Below are positions 26,566-36,220 of a stretch of DNA of 64,000 bases, one piece after another. The stretch lies in IMG/VR virus record IMGVR_UViG_3300021376_000006; one strand, given 5' to 3'. The notes under the pieces are model-generated. The model was given only the letters and a program-made list of their open reading frames with translations, did no database searches and was not told the DNA's origin. The stretch's first letter is position 1, and the number at the start of each line of letters is the position of its first letter. The DNA is from a virus (lineage: Duplodnaviria > Caudoviricetes). Position numbers and translations under genes: made by a program.

Positions 26566-28189
26566 GCTTGCCTTTCAATATTTCTTCGATCTGTTGTTCA
26601 ACTTGAGCTTGTTCGGCGTCGCTGAGGTCTTCAATTTCATATTCGCCGGCTTCAAGCTTTTCAATCAGATGCTGAATGTAAGCCTGATTGTAAGTGTAAC
26701 TGTCAGTGGAGTTTTTATCTACTTCGATCCATTTTTGACCATTCCATTTAAACAGTCGGTCAGGAAGATAATCTGTTCTAATAAACATATCACCCTTCAT
26801 GGGCGTATCTGGGAATCGTTCTCCAAAACCGCACTGACTGGCTGCTTGCAATTTGTCATTGTCGGCCTGTATGGACATGCCCGGATACAGTTTGTTAAAT
26901 GCATCTAGGTTGTACACTTTGCCTTTGTAACGCACAGCATAGTCTGCACCGCGTCTGACGGGCGTATTAAATTCATCTACAGGTGGTGGCAACTCTTCCG
27001 TGGGTTCCTCTGTTGCGGTAGCTGCTGGAACCGTTTGTTCTTCCTCTATAAATGATCGAATCTGAGCAATTTGATTGTCAGTCAAAGCACCATCGTCGGC
27101 TGGATATTTTGGCTGTTCGTCGATCACTCGTTGTGCCCACATTTCTTCATTTTCGAGAACGGGTATATTTAAATCTTCGTCCTGTTTAATTTGGTCTGCC
27201 TCGGTATTTGCTTGTTCAGCACGATGTTGCTCATCTAACATATCTGCTGCTTGTGCTGCTAGGTGCGCTCGTTCAAAAAATTCATCTGCCTCCCGATCGG
27301 GATTTATTTTTTCATCCAACCGATTCAACGCAGCAATCTCTGCCTCAGTCCAAGGTCGTTGTTCTACGCCTGGCGGATTGGGATTGGTAGCCATAGCGGC
27401 GGCATCGTCGTCATGAATCCAACCACCACGACCCTGTCTTGCCCATTCAAATTGTTTGTTGGCAGCGAGGATAAGTGTTAGTGCTAGCGGATCAAATACA
27501 ATAACAATAAGTATAATAACCCAACGTACAGCCCGCTCAAGAATATTTTGATCGGGATTGTCGCCGTATATAAGAGCAGCAATATATTTGATAGGTCCAA
27601 CTTCTGCCTCTACCTTTCTAGCCTCTGCGGCCAATGGGGCTCGCTCGGCTTGTAATTGTTGAATTGTTTTTTGACTTCGTGTGATTTCTGATTGTAATGC
27701 GGCTCGTTCTTTGGCCTGTTGCTTACGAATAATAACTGCTTTATCGGTGCCTCGTTCTGAATCTGTTCTTCCTAGCATTTGATCTACTTGGGCATTCATT
27801 TGCTCAATGGCCTTTTTGGCCTGTGCTATGTTTTCTCTTTCTGTGTTAATTTTTTCATCATATATAGCAACCTTACTGGTAGCATCGCCGGAAACCAAAC
27901 TTTGATCACTGTGTGCTTTGCTTAAGAAACCAAAGATACCCATACTGGTTAGTAGCATTAGGAATACGATAGCAGGAACAAGATAGGCCTTGAATACCCA
28001 TCCGGCTCGTTGCCAGTTGTTGTGTAACCAAACTGTGGCAACCAATTTGCCGGCTTCAAGTGCGCCGCCCATAATGATAACAGGTATGACTGCGGCACTG
28101 AATATAGCAGTGAGACCTTCGACCGAATACCATGCAGCGATTGCCGAAATGGTCACAGCCACTAACATGATTAGTGATCCAAATAACAT
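26558..28189 (-). CDS. Multi-TM coiled-coil membrane protein
   Basis: 3 N-terminal TM helices, long coiled coil, fourth TM, acidic linker, FPDTPMKGD...WNGQKW module. Confidence 0.75.
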   Translation of the reverse strand: MLFGSLIMLVAVTISAIAAWYSVEGLTAIFSAAVIPVIIMGGALEAGKLVATVWLHNNWQRAGWVFKAYLVPAIVFLMLLTSMGIFGFLSKAHSDQSLVSGDATSKVAIYDEKINTERENIAQAKKAIEQMNAQVDQMLGRTDSERGTDKAVIIRKQQAKERAALQSEITRSQKTIQQLQAERAPLAAEARKVEAEVGPIKYIAALIYGDNPDQNILERAVRWVIILIVIVFDPLALTLILAANKQFEWARQGRGGWIHDDDAAAMATNPNPPGVEQRPWTEAEIAALNRLDEKINPDREADEFFERAHLAAQAADMLDEQHRAEQANTEADQIKQDEDLNIPVLENEEMWAQRVIDEQPKYPADDGALTDNQIAQIRSFIEEEQTVPAATATEEPTEELPPPVDEFNTPVRRGADYAVRYKGKVYNLDAFNKLYPGMSIQADNDKLQAASQCGFGERFPDTPMKGDMFIRTDYLPDRLFKWNGQKWIEVDKNSTDSYTYNQAYIQHLIEKLEAGEYEIEDLSDAEQAQVEQQIEEILKGKRG

Positions 28190-28261
28190 AGCGTGTATTT
28201 ATAGAATTGTATGGCTAGTATATTATACTAACGGAATGACGTCAACTAATTAATATGTCAT

Positions 28262-28498
28262 TTATGACGCCCAGGGCCTGCCTTTTTTAAGGCCACCGGT
28301 GTTCGGATTATCCACCAATGAACCGGTGTTACTTGACGCATTGTAGCGTGTAGGCAATTGTGTAGCATCGGCTGAAGTATCTGCGTATCTACCGGGTTGA
28401 ACTAAATTACGGTCAGCCCTGTCTGTTCCTGCAAGGGTTAATTTCTGATCTTGCCTGTCTCTTTTTAGAGCTAATTGTGCTATTCCATTGGCTGACAT
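28262..28498 (-). CDS. Hypothetical late protein
   Basis: MSANGIAQL...GRPW; ATAAATA 5 nt upstream of ATG. Confidence 0.65.
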   Translation of the reverse strand: MSANGIAQLALKRDRQDQKLTLAGTDRADRNLVQPGRYADTSADATQLPTRYNASSNTGSLVDNPNTGGLKKGRPWAS

Positions 28499-28516
28499 AT
28501 AATTATTTATCAACCC

Positions 28517-28542
28517 AAAAAGAAACCCGCCGAAGCGGGTCT
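28517..28542 (-). terminator. Rho-independent terminator (UUCG loop)
   Basis: ACCCGC-TTCG-GCGGGT followed by TTCTTTTT. Confidence 0.85.
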
Positions 28543-28576
28543 AAATTACTGCCTTTTTTATGGATATATTACATCG

Positions 28577-28861
28577 CTACTGCACTACCGGATTTTCCAA
28601 TTCAAAATAAGTGTTGCCACGAGCAATACTAGCCTCAATGGTATCATCCCAATCACCTGCTGCCTCATTGCCAAATCTGTTCTCAGCTGCTATTTCAATT
28701 GCGTTTACTAGTACTAGTAAGGCCTCACGACACTCATCGTTGTCTATTGTGCTGATACTTTCACGCATGTAGTCTACCAGTGCTTCCATTTGTTGCATGT
28801 CCAGTTCTTTAATTGCCACACGATCAGCGAGAATATCATCTACTAAATTTTCTACATTCAT
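28577..28861 (-). CDS. Acidic hypothetical protein
   Basis: 94 aa, ATGA coupling. Confidence 0.65.
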   Translation of the reverse strand: MNVENLVDDILADRVAIKELDMQQMEALVDYMRESISTIDNDECREALLVLVNAIEIAAENRFGNEAAGDWDDTIEASIARGNTYFELENPVVQ

Positions 28862-29055
28862 GCCAGACCTCGAACATGGTTGATAACCTGGGCAGCTTCA
28901 GGAAAGCCTTCATGCTCTTTTATTTGTACAGCCGCTTCTATCATGCTCATGTGCATGGCATGCAGTTCTTCGAGATGTGCGTTGATGATTTGCCGCTTGC
29001 GGTTAAGGCTGTACTTGATCGGGCCATATGAACTGTTGCTGTAATTGGGATTCAT
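28858..29055 (-). CDS. Hypothetical protein
   Basis: 65 aa, AAGGA SD. Confidence 0.6.
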   Translation of the reverse strand: MNPNYSNSSYGPIKYSLNRKRQIINAHLEELHAMHMSMIEAAVQIKEHEGFPEAAQVINHVRGLA

Positions 29056-29064
29056 GTGTTTTCC

Positions 29065-29268
29065 TTAGTCGGGTGCTACACCTGGGTCAACAGTTCGACC
29101 TTCATAGTGTGCTCGTGTTACACAAACTGTTTCCAGTCGAAAACGCTTGAGTCCATCAAACCTAGCTGCTTGGCACTGCTGTTTACTAGCATATGGTCCC
29201 ACTGCAACTTTTTCTACAAACTGTCCACTGGTGGTGTAAATCATTACTACAAGAATCCAGCTGGTCAT
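29065..29268 (-). CDS. Hypothetical protein
   Basis: MTSWILVVMIY...YASKQQC...C; GGAGG SD. Confidence 0.65.
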   Translation of the reverse strand: MTSWILVVMIYTTSGQFVEKVAVGPYASKQQCQAARFDGLKRFRLETVCVTRAHYEGRTVDPGVAPD

Positions 29269-29411
29269 AGATCCTCCTGTTTACGATGTTTAAGCTGTCG
29301 CTTGAACTGCCGTTTGTTTTCCACTGTACGAGTTCGGAATGGCGAGCCAGCCTCAAACAACACACAATGTGCTCGGGTTTGTTGGTACGGTACTTTCACT
29401 ATCTTTTTCAT
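29265..29411 (-). CDS. Small basic protein, ArfA-like (48 aa)
   Basis: Not in ORF track; ...AHCVLFEAGSPFRTRTVENKRQFKRQLKHRKQEDL. Confidence 0.45.
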   Translation of the reverse strand: MKKIVKVPYQQTRAHCVLFEAGSPFRTRTVENKRQFKRQLKHRKQEDL

Positions 29412-29413
29412 GA

Positions 29414-29806
29414 TTATATATTTACTGCTTCTCTATGTACAATAAAACGGTACAGGGCATTGCACTCCATGATAAACTGTGGACCCACATCCATGCTCAC
29501 ATAGTTATCGCCCTGCATGCCTTGTTCACTGTAGCTGACATCGAGAACGGCGTCCGGACTTAAACCAAAATGATTTTCCATACAAGTCAGAAACGAATGT
29601 TTCCACAGCATGTCGGTATAGATCAAGCCATCGTCGTCAACATCCCATTCTGAACGATCAAAGTAAGCTCTAAGCTCTCCAAAATCACCGGTGTCTTGAT
29701 CTATGTAAGCCAGGCACACACGATTGATCCGTACAGTTTTGACCTCAGTACTCCAATGGCCTCGACCGTCGGTACGTGTAACAAAATTTACAGAATGATC
29801 GAACAT
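29414..29806 (-). CDS. Conserved phage hypothetical protein
   Basis: TDGRGHWS...GELRAYF...GLIYTD...YSEQGMQG. Confidence 0.7.
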   Translation of the reverse strand: MFDHSVNFVTRTDGRGHWSTEVKTVRINRVCLAYIDQDTGDFGELRAYFDRSEWDVDDDGLIYTDMLWKHSFLTCMENHFGLSPDAVLDVSYSEQGMQGDNYVSMDVGPQFIMECNALYRFIVHREAVNI

Positions 29807-30000
29807 TATTCTACTCCAAAATGTTTTAATATTTTTTTATACTCGTCCATACCGTTGATCCAAGCAGCATAGGCACATTCCCGCACAATCAATTCGGCGA
29901 ACTTTTCAACAAAGTATTCATGCTCTTCGCTGGCGTAAGGCCTCTGTTGGTCTACCCAGTCTTGGGCTTGTTCAGCAAGTTCTTGGATTCTATCGTTCAT
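29806..30000 (-). CDS. Conserved phage hypothetical protein
   Basis: MNDRIQELAEQA...EKFAELIVREC...KHFGVE; GGAGG SD. Confidence 0.75.
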   Translation of the reverse strand: MNDRIQELAEQAQDWVDQQRPYASEEHEYFVEKFAELIVRECAYAAWINGMDEYKKILKHFGVE

Positions 30001-30146
30001 TCTGCCTCCAATTCTTGGATTTGTTTGTAAAGTGCCCAACGCTGTTTATCAATGGCAGCATTAGTGTCCTCGTCAAAGCAACCTGCCTGCTCATCCAAGT
30101 GTACCAATTCTTCGTATAACACATCTATAAGTTTCTGGTCACCCAT
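29997..30146 (-). CDS. Small hypothetical protein (49 aa)
   Basis: Not in ORF track; MGDQKLIDVLYEELVHLDEQAG..., ATGA coupling. Confidence 0.6.
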   Translation of the reverse strand: MGDQKLIDVLYEELVHLDEQAGCFDEDTNAAIDKQRWALYKQIQELEAE

Positions 30147-30170
30147 GATATTACCCTTTCATAGCAGCGA

Positions 30171-30452
30171 CTAACTATCGTCGCGATCCATAATGTAAGT
30201 AAACAAAACCCACTTGGCACGGTTCAACTGCTGGCGTGCGTCTTCGGCTCGCATAAAGTCAACTTCGCCGTATTCAGTATTGACCATTTCTTGTGCATCC
30301 GACATCATGCTGGCAACAATCATGGCCGGGCCGCTAAACTTCATTGTAATGCTCGATTCGACTGCTTCACGCATCTGGGCTTCGGTGCAGCCATACATAC
30401 GGACTTCACGCTTTTGTTGTTCTGTAAGTGCTTGGTAAGTTGCTGTAGTCAT
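30171..30452 (-). CDS. Early hypothetical protein
   Basis: MTTATYQAL..., AAGGAG SD, strong promoter upstream. Confidence 0.7.
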   Translation of the reverse strand: MTTATYQALTEQQKREVRMYGCTEAQMREAVESSITMKFSGPAMIVASMMSDAQEMVNTEYGEVDFMRAEDARQQLNRAKWVLFTYIMDRDDS

Positions 30453-30538
30453 TTTGGGCTCCTTGTTAATTACTATACAGTGATTATAGCAAAATGGGCC
30501 ATTATGGTCTACCAAAATTGTGTTGCTATTTTAGCAAT
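30453..30538 (-). promoter_or_regulatory. Early promoter cassette with 17-bp palindrome-like box
   Basis: TAGACC-17-TATAAT, GTATAGTAA, AAGGAGC; GTTGCTATTTTAGCAAT at 30522-30538; matches cassette at 63141-63276. Confidence 0.75.
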
Positions 30539-30608
30539 GATCGTTGTCGTTGTTATGGGCCAAATAAGCCCATACAGCAATTAACAAAACAATAACAAAC
30601 CATATCAT
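30531..30608 (-). CDS. Micro membrane peptide (25 aa)
   Basis: MIWFVIVLLIAVWAYLAHNNDNDHC, ATGA-coupled to upstream gene. Confidence 0.5.
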   Translation of the reverse strand: MIWFVIVLLIAVWAYLAHNNDNDHC

Positions 30609-30832
30609 AGCAATTTAATAACAAGTCCCGCTGTATAGATCAGCAACAGTGTTGCATTTATAACAATAAGACTCCACTCGCGCCACTTTACGGCTACAAT
30701 CAGCCACAAAAATGCCCCTACATTTAGTAGGCCTGGTCCAAGTGGATAAATGTTAATAGAAGTGCAAATAGCCCCAACGATTGTTACAAAAGTTGCAAGC
30801 CACTTGAAATAAAATGTCGTGTCCTTTTTCAT
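30605..30832 (-). CDS. Small 3-TM membrane protein
   Basis: Hydrophobic profile; TATAAT-6-ATG. Confidence 0.7.
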   Translation of the reverse strand: MKKDTTFYFKWLATFVTIVGAICTSINIYPLGPGLLNVGAFLWLIVAVKWREWSLIVINATLLLIYTAGLVIKLL

Positions 30833-30879
30833 ACTGGTATTATAGCAAAAAGGATCATTATGCTGAAGTTAACAAAATA

Positions 30880-31104
30880 TTAATGAATTGTTAAGTCTTC
30901 GTTGAACTGGGAAAGATCAATAACGCCCAACAGCTTCATAATTTTTTGTATATTTTTGGGTGGTTTATCAGGCGGAAATTCTGGTATAAATGCGTACTTT
31001 AAATTTCCCTCTGCGTCAAAGATAAAACCATAATCTTCAGCCCCAATTTCATCGTCGTATTCTTGAACAGCATCTTCGACTGTTAATTCCAGGCGTTTGC
31101 TCAC
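30880..31104 (-). CDS. Hypothetical late protein
   Basis: TATAAATA and AGGAGG upstream of GTG. Confidence 0.7.
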   Translation of the reverse strand: MSKRLELTVEDAVQEYDDEIGAEDYGFIFDAEGNLKYAFIPEFPPDKPPKNIQKIMKLLGVIDLSQFNEDLTIH

Positions 31105-31133
31105 GGCTGCCTCCTATTTTTAGTATTTATAGC

Positions 31134-31511
31134 TTACTTGAATAGGATAAGTGCCATGAGAACAGCTTGAATCACAAAGCCCAAGCCTATTGTTACAATA
31201 TTAAGCAAGTCCTTTAAGATAACAGCACGACCAAACAACAGCACGAGTCCCAACCACATAAACAGCACAACATCCACGCTGGGTGTTGAATCTGTCAATC
31301 CAGTCAAGAGAGCCAGTAAAGTGGGAACGGTGGCAGCATGAAGTGCAATAGCTGCCAACCATCCCATGGTCTCTGCCGATATTTTGCTAAAGTGCGAAGA
31401 AAAAAAATCAATCACACTTGACTTGATGCGGTCAAAATCAATTTTTCTTGAATCAGTTTTGTTTGAAGTGTCCATTAGTTTAGATTTTGGTGTTGAATAC
31501 AAAATTGGCAT
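31134..31511 (-). CDS. Membrane protein (3 TM)
   Basis: SAETMGWLA...hydrophobic helices. Confidence 0.7.
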   Translation of the reverse strand: MPILYSTPKSKLMDTSNKTDSRKIDFDRIKSSVIDFFSSHFSKISAETMGWLAAIALHAATVPTLLALLTGLTDSTPSVDVVLFMWLGLVLLFGRAVILKDLLNIVTIGLGFVIQAVLMALILFK

Positions 31512-31526
31512 TATTAATTATCACGC

Positions 31527-32081
31527 TCAACTATTATAGAAAATATGGCGGCCAATCTTGGCAATGGGCTTTTTACCCCATCCTGGTCGAACATAGTCTG
31601 CATGATAATACATGGCATTTTTGAGACTGGGTAATCTAAAGTTTTCTAGCAATACTTTTTTAGCAACTTCTGCACTTTCATTGTACAAGGGTTGATAAAC
31701 AGGACGTACTCTATGAGTTCCTTCACAGTACCACGAAAACTGGCAAACCACTCGAGAATAGATTACATTTTTTTGATACACGACTGCACAGATGTCATTG
31801 GGAAACTGGCTACTATTAGTGCGATTGATTGTTACTTGAGCCACAGCTACTTTACCTTCAAATGGTTCGCTGGCGGCTTCCCAATAAATGTTCTGCGTCA
31901 GGCATCGTAGCTGGCGAGATCTTTCTTCTCCAGTAACAGGATGCACAGCAGCCATTTCGGCCTTCTCGGCCTTGAGTAATTCAAATTTGTTTTTGGTGAC
32001 CTCTACCAAGGTGTATGTGGCTAGCCACATACCAAAAACGATTGATACAAATTTTGCTACGTTGGGCAAATATTGTCTCAT
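31527..32081 (-). CDS. Cell wall hydrolase (SleB / Hydrolase_2)
   Basis: CLTQNIYWEA.SEP.EGKVAVAQVT.NR, CQFSW, YYHADYV.P.W, IGRHIFY. Confidence 0.92.
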   Translation of the reverse strand: MRQYLPNVAKFVSIVFGMWLATYTLVEVTKNKFELLKAEKAEMAAVHPVTGEERSRQLRCLTQNIYWEAASEPFEGKVAVAQVTINRTNSSQFPNDICAVVYQKNVIYSRVVCQFSWYCEGTHRVRPVYQPLYNESAEVAKKVLLENFRLPSLKNAMYYHADYVRPGWGKKPIAKIGRHIFYNS

Positions 32082-32232
32082 CTTTTTTCCTCCTTCTTAA
32101 GGTTGTAGTTTTATATAACTTCATATTTTTTGAGAAAACAACTGCTTTAACCCCATAATACGGGTACATTATAGCATTTTTTCTGATTTTTTACAAGTAA
32201 TATGGGCAGTTAATGTGTATTTTTATTTTACA

Positions 32233-32493
32233 TTAATTAATAAAAACATCAGGACTGCCAGATGTTGTGTGACCGCAAGTGGCTGGATCACCTAGTCTAC
32301 AGGCCGGAATCCCATTAACAATTACATCAGATGAACCTTGAGCCATCACTGGTCCAGCATGTACTCCGGGTCCATGCCCTTGGACCGCGTCGCCAATTCT
32401 AGCCTGGGGAGTGCCATTTACTATCACATCAGGACTACCTGCAATGATTAGACCGCCTGCTACATCTTGACCTTTACGAGCTGCACCACGCAT
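32233..32493 (-). CDS. PAAR spike-tip protein (gp5.4-like)
   Basis: Repeated GSPDV.VNG.P.AR.GD, His/Cys ligands. Confidence 0.9.
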   Translation of the reverse strand: MRGAARKGQDVAGGLIIAGSPDVIVNGTPQARIGDAVQGHGPGVHAGPVMAQGSSDVIVNGIPACRLGDPATCGHTTSGSPDVFIN

Positions 32494-32502
32494 GATATTT
32501 TC

Positions 32503-32814
32503 CTAGGTAATAATACTTCCTATGGTAACAGGTTCAATACCTGTGGTTGTTTTGATATAATGTTTTTTCATTTGGTCAATACTGGGTGCATGCATAACTA
32601 TATGTTGTTTTTGCAGTCGAACATTCACATCAGCATCGGCTGTGAACAGGCTTTGAATAAGTCCCATGCCTTGAGGGCTGGGCATCACAGTGCATGGTTT
32701 AGAGATTTCTAAGTAATCGTCCGATATCAATTCAACTCGAGCAACAATTTCGTCCCCGGTTACCAATTTGAAACTCACAATATCCCCTGTGGAATAAATC
32801 TTTGAAACTAACAT
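32503..32814 (-). CDS. Sm-fold-like phage hypothetical protein
   Basis: IVSFKLVTGDEIVAR...Y...TTGI. Confidence 0.6.
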   Translation of the reverse strand: MLVSKIYSTGDIVSFKLVTGDEIVARVELISDDYLEISKPCTVMPSPQGMGLIQSLFTADADVNVRLQKQHIVMHAPSIDQMKKHYIKTTTGIEPVTIGSIIT

Positions 32815-33056
32815 TAATTTTTTACCTTTTCAAAAAATTCATTTGGTTGTTTTTGAAGTCCATCGAAGCCGCCTGGAATAAGTTCATATCCATGAAATAT
32901 CTGTGGCACACTTCGTAGACCTTTATCTACTAGCATCTGCCGCGATTCTGGGTCATACTCTATGTTAATTTCATTGTATTTGACGCCTTTGCTTTCTAAC
33001 AATTGTTTTGCTCTATCACAAAATGGGCAATTATTTTTTGAATAGATAGTAATCAT
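32814..33056 (-). CDS. Glutaredoxin
   Basis: CPFC, SVPQIF, GGFD. Confidence 0.93.
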   Translation of the reverse strand: MITIYSKNNCPFCDRAKQLLESKGVKYNEINIEYDPESRQMLVDKGLRSVPQIFHGYELIPGGFDGLQKQPNEFFEKVKN

Positions 33057-33064
33057 GTCTTTTC

Positions 33065-33148
33065 CTAAATTATTTTATCTTCTTTACATCTTGCTAGTAA
33101 TGGCCCTAATTCCAAACAAAAACTGCATCCTGCTACTAGTATATTCAT
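33065..33148 (-). pseudogene. Truncated SGNH-like gene remnant (27 aa)
   Basis: MNILVAGCSFCLELG... mirrors the N-terminus MIFLTSGCSFT of the adjacent gene then stops. Confidence 0.45.
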
Positions 33149-33154
33149 AATATT

Positions 33155-33853
33155 TTACGAGTTAAATTTTATTATTTTATCTTTAATTAATCTTGGATAA
33201 ACATAACTCCTCATCCAATTATCATATCCAACAGTCGAAGGATGAAAGTCATCTGATTCTAAACCATTGCAATTTAGCGATGTTTCATATATACAATCAT
33301 TATTTTCTGCAAAAATAAAGTTTTCAAAATCAATTTCCTTGCATATATTTTTTAATTCTTGATATTTATAAACTCCAAAATTTCTATTTTTTACATAATC
33401 TTTGTGGTTCCAATAATTTACGTAAGTCATGAAATAATATTTTATGCCTTTACTTTTTAAAAAATTTTGCAATTTAATCATTTCAAATAAACTTCTAATG
33501 CCTCTAGTTAACTCGTTTCCTTTTTTAATAAGTTCTTGGTAAATTGAATTTTGGCTTAGTACATCACCACTGAACTCAAAAAATATGTTATCTAAAGCTT
33601 GTCTTTTGTTGTCAACAACTAGTTCATCAACTATTAAATCTATTCTTTGTAGTCCGGACCACATAACTATTACACAATCATAATCAAAATTTGAATAAAT
33701 TAGTTCTAAAATTATACTGTCACTTATATATTGGTTACCTGCGCCAGGCATACCAAGATTACGAACAGCACCAAAGTCTTTTAACCACACAGGCCATCCG
33801 TTTTTTAGATTTTGTTGTCCGGTGAAACTACAACCTGAAGTTAAAAAAATCAT
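33155..33853 (-). CDS. SGNH-hydrolase-like protein
   Basis: GCSFT, NLGMPGAGN, DDFHPS blocks. Confidence 0.6.
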   Translation of the reverse strand: MIFLTSGCSFTGQQNLKNGWPVWLKDFGAVRNLGMPGAGNQYISDSIILELIYSNFDYDCVIVMWSGLQRIDLIVDELVVDNKRQALDNIFFEFSGDVLSQNSIYQELIKKGNELTRGIRSLFEMIKLQNFLKSKGIKYYFMTYVNYWNHKDYVKNRNFGVYKYQELKNICKEIDFENFIFAENNDCIYETSLNCNGLESDDFHPSTVGYDNWMRSYVYPRLIKDKIIKFNS

Positions 33854-33879
33854 TGTATTACTTGTGCAATTTCCGACAT

Positions 33880-35007
33880 TTATAAACTAAATCCTCGAAA
33901 TGTATTATTATCAACATCTTGTTTCGTGCCACCAATTACATAACTTGAAATTTCTGTTTCTTGTGGAGCAACTTGCACTTCGGCGCCGGCAATCCATTTG
34001 GCTGTCCATGGTAAGGGATTTGATCCTGGTTTCATTCCACAGTCTAGTCCTACTGCTGTCATGCGCTTGCAGGTCAACCAATCTACATAGTGACACAATA
34101 ATTGTTGATTAAGCCCAATCATGGATCCGTTTTGAAACAAATAATGTGCCCAGGCTTTTTCTTGTGCTGCGGCGGCTAAAAACATTTGATTGCATTCTGC
34201 ACGAGTTTCTTCTTTTATAGAAGCATAAGAAGGATCATCCTGTGGCAACAATTTGAGAAGGGTCTGCGTTGACCCTAAATGAACATTTTCGTCTCGCGCA
34301 ATTAATTTGATAATCTTGGCATTGCCTTCCATTTTCTTCAGTTCAGCAAAGGCCCATGAGCAAGCAAAGCTGACATAAAATCTAATACCTTCAAGTGCAT
34401 TGACACTATTCAAACACAACCACAATTTCTTTTTGAGTTCATACATATCAACCGTGACGGCTTCTCCGTTAACGGTATGTTCTCCTACCCCTAATAGATT
34501 GTAGTATTGCACCGATTTGATTAAATCATCATAATATTTGCTAATGTCTCGGGCACAGTCTACAATTTCTTTTATGTCCGTGAGCTCATCAAATATAATG
34601 CTAGGGTCACTATAAACGTTCCTGATAATATGAGTATAGCTACGGCTATGAATCGTTTCATTAAAGGCCCAAGTTTGTATCCAAGTTTCCAGCTCAGGAA
34701 TAGTAGCGACGGGAAGAAAAGCAAGGTTAGGACTACGACCTTGAACACTATCCAATAGGATCTGTCGCTTAAGATTGCTTGTAAAAATATGTTGTTCATG
34801 TTCTGTTAGTTCTTTGAAATCCTTGCTGTCTCGAAGTACATCAACTTCTTCTGGTCGCCAAAAGAAACCTAATTGTTTATCTGTTAATTTGTCAAATTGT
34901 CTATATTTTAGTGTGTCGTATCTTTGAATAGGTTGTGCGCCTGACTCATCTAAAAAGGCCAATGCTTCGGTGTGTTTGTTCTTATTATTAATATTAAATA
35001 CGCTCAT
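33880..35007 (-). CDS. nrdB: Ribonucleotide reductase class Ia beta subunit
   Basis: [47 protein letters not shown]. Confidence 0.97.
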   Translation of the reverse strand: MSVFNINNKNKHTEALAFLDESGAQPIQRYDTLKYRQFDKLTDKQLGFFWRPEEVDVLRDSKDFKELTEHEQHIFTSNLKRQILLDSVQGRSPNLAFLPVATIPELETWIQTWAFNETIHSRSYTHIIRNVYSDPSIIFDELTDIKEIVDCARDISKYYDDLIKSVQYYNLLGVGEHTVNGEAVTVDMYELKKKLWLCLNSVNALEGIRFYVSFACSWAFAELKKMEGNAKIIKLIARDENVHLGSTQTLLKLLPQDDPSYASIKEETRAECNQMFLAAAAQEKAWAHYLFQNGSMIGLNQQLLCHYVDWLTCKRMTAVGLDCGMKPGSNPLPWTAKWIAGAEVQVAPQETEISSYVIGGTKQDVDNNTFRGFSL

Positions 35008-36212
35008 TAAAATTGATCCTTCTCTGTGCTGTGTGCCATGGCCGCTGTGCTCTTTGCACCTACAGCTTCGCTAATTAAATCAAAATAACCAACGCCAACT
35101 TCTCGTTGATGTTTTACCGTTGTAAATCCACGATCCTGTGCTGCAAACTCGCGCTCCTGCATTTCTGAATATCCAGCCATACCACGTTGCCGGTATGCCT
35201 CTGCCAGCTCAAAGGTTGCAAGATTAACACTGTGGAATCCAGCTAGTGTAATAAACTGAAACCGGTATCCTAATGCACCAAGTTCACGTTGAAAGGTCTC
35301 GCATTCTTCTTCGCTCAGGAACTTTCTCCAATTAAAACTAGGAGAGCAGTTATAAGCAAGCATTTGATCAGGATAAACACTGTGAATAGCATCGGCAAAT
35401 TTTTTCGCCTGCTTAATATCCGGCATGCTCGTTTCAAACCAGAGTAGGTCCGCATACGGCGCATAGGCCAATCCTCTGGCGATACAGGCCTCAATTCCAT
35501 TTTGAAATTTGAAGAAGCCTTCTTCTGTTCGTTCATGTACAATAAAATCCTTATCTAATGGATCATGATCTGATGTAATCAGCGTGGCCGCTTCTGCATC
35601 TGTACGAGCCATAATCACGGTATCCACACCGGCTACATCTGCGGCCAGTCTTGCAGCATTTAGATTGCGTATGGCCTGGCTGGTTGGAATCAATACCTTG
35701 CCTCCAAGATGCCCGCACTTCTTTTCGCTGCTCAGTTGATCTTCAAAGTGTACACCTGCGGCACCTGCTTCAATCATGGCCATCATGAGTTCATATGCAT
35801 TGAGTGCGCCACCAAATCCTGCTTCAGCGTCTGCCACAATAGGTAAGAAATAATCCACATCTGTTCGACCTTCACTAAAGTCAATTTGATCTGCACGACG
35901 GAAAGCATTGTTTATACCCTGTACAACTCGAGGCACACTATCTACCGGATACAAACTTTGATCCGGATAGGTAGTATTTGCGGTATTGTTAGCTGCTGCA
36001 ACTTGCCAGCCGCTTAGATAAATTGCTTTTAGGCCTGCCTTGGCATGTTGTACAGCCTGTTGACCATTATAGGCACCTAGTGTATTGATGTAAGGTTCGT
36101 TTTGTAACAGGGTGCGTAACTTATCTGCGCCTAGTCTGGCCAAGGTATGGTCTACTCTAATAGATCCCTGCAATTTTCTTACAGTATCAAAACTGTAATT
36201 TCTTTTTTTCAT
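35007..36212 (-). CDS. aceA: Isocitrate lyase
   Basis: [58 protein letters not shown]. Confidence 0.97.
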   Translation of the reverse strand: MKKRNYSFDTVRKLQGSIRVDHTLARLGADKLRTLLQNEPYINTLGAYNGQQAVQHAKAGLKAIYLSGWQVAAANNTANTTYPDQSLYPVDSVPRVVQGINNAFRRADQIDFSEGRTDVDYFLPIVADAEAGFGGALNAYELMMAMIEAGAAGVHFEDQLSSEKKCGHLGGKVLIPTSQAIRNLNAARLAADVAGVDTVIMARTDAEAATLITSDHDPLDKDFIVHERTEEGFFKFQNGIEACIARGLAYAPYADLLWFETSMPDIKQAKKFADAIHSVYPDQMLAYNCSPSFNWRKFLSEEECETFQRELGALGYRFQFITLAGFHSVNLATFELAEAYRQRGMAGYSEMQEREFAAQDRGFTTVKHQREVGVGYFDLISEAVGAKSTAAMAHSTEKDQF

Positions 36213-36220
36213 ATTTTTTC

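Noticed and set aside
32082-32232. Riboswitch or tRNA in the leader of the wall hydrolase and other intergenic gaps
   Set aside because: Only a sigma70 -10 box and a weak AT-rich hairpin; no cloverleaf, T-loop or known aptamer consensus seen by eye. tRNAscan/Infernal would settle it
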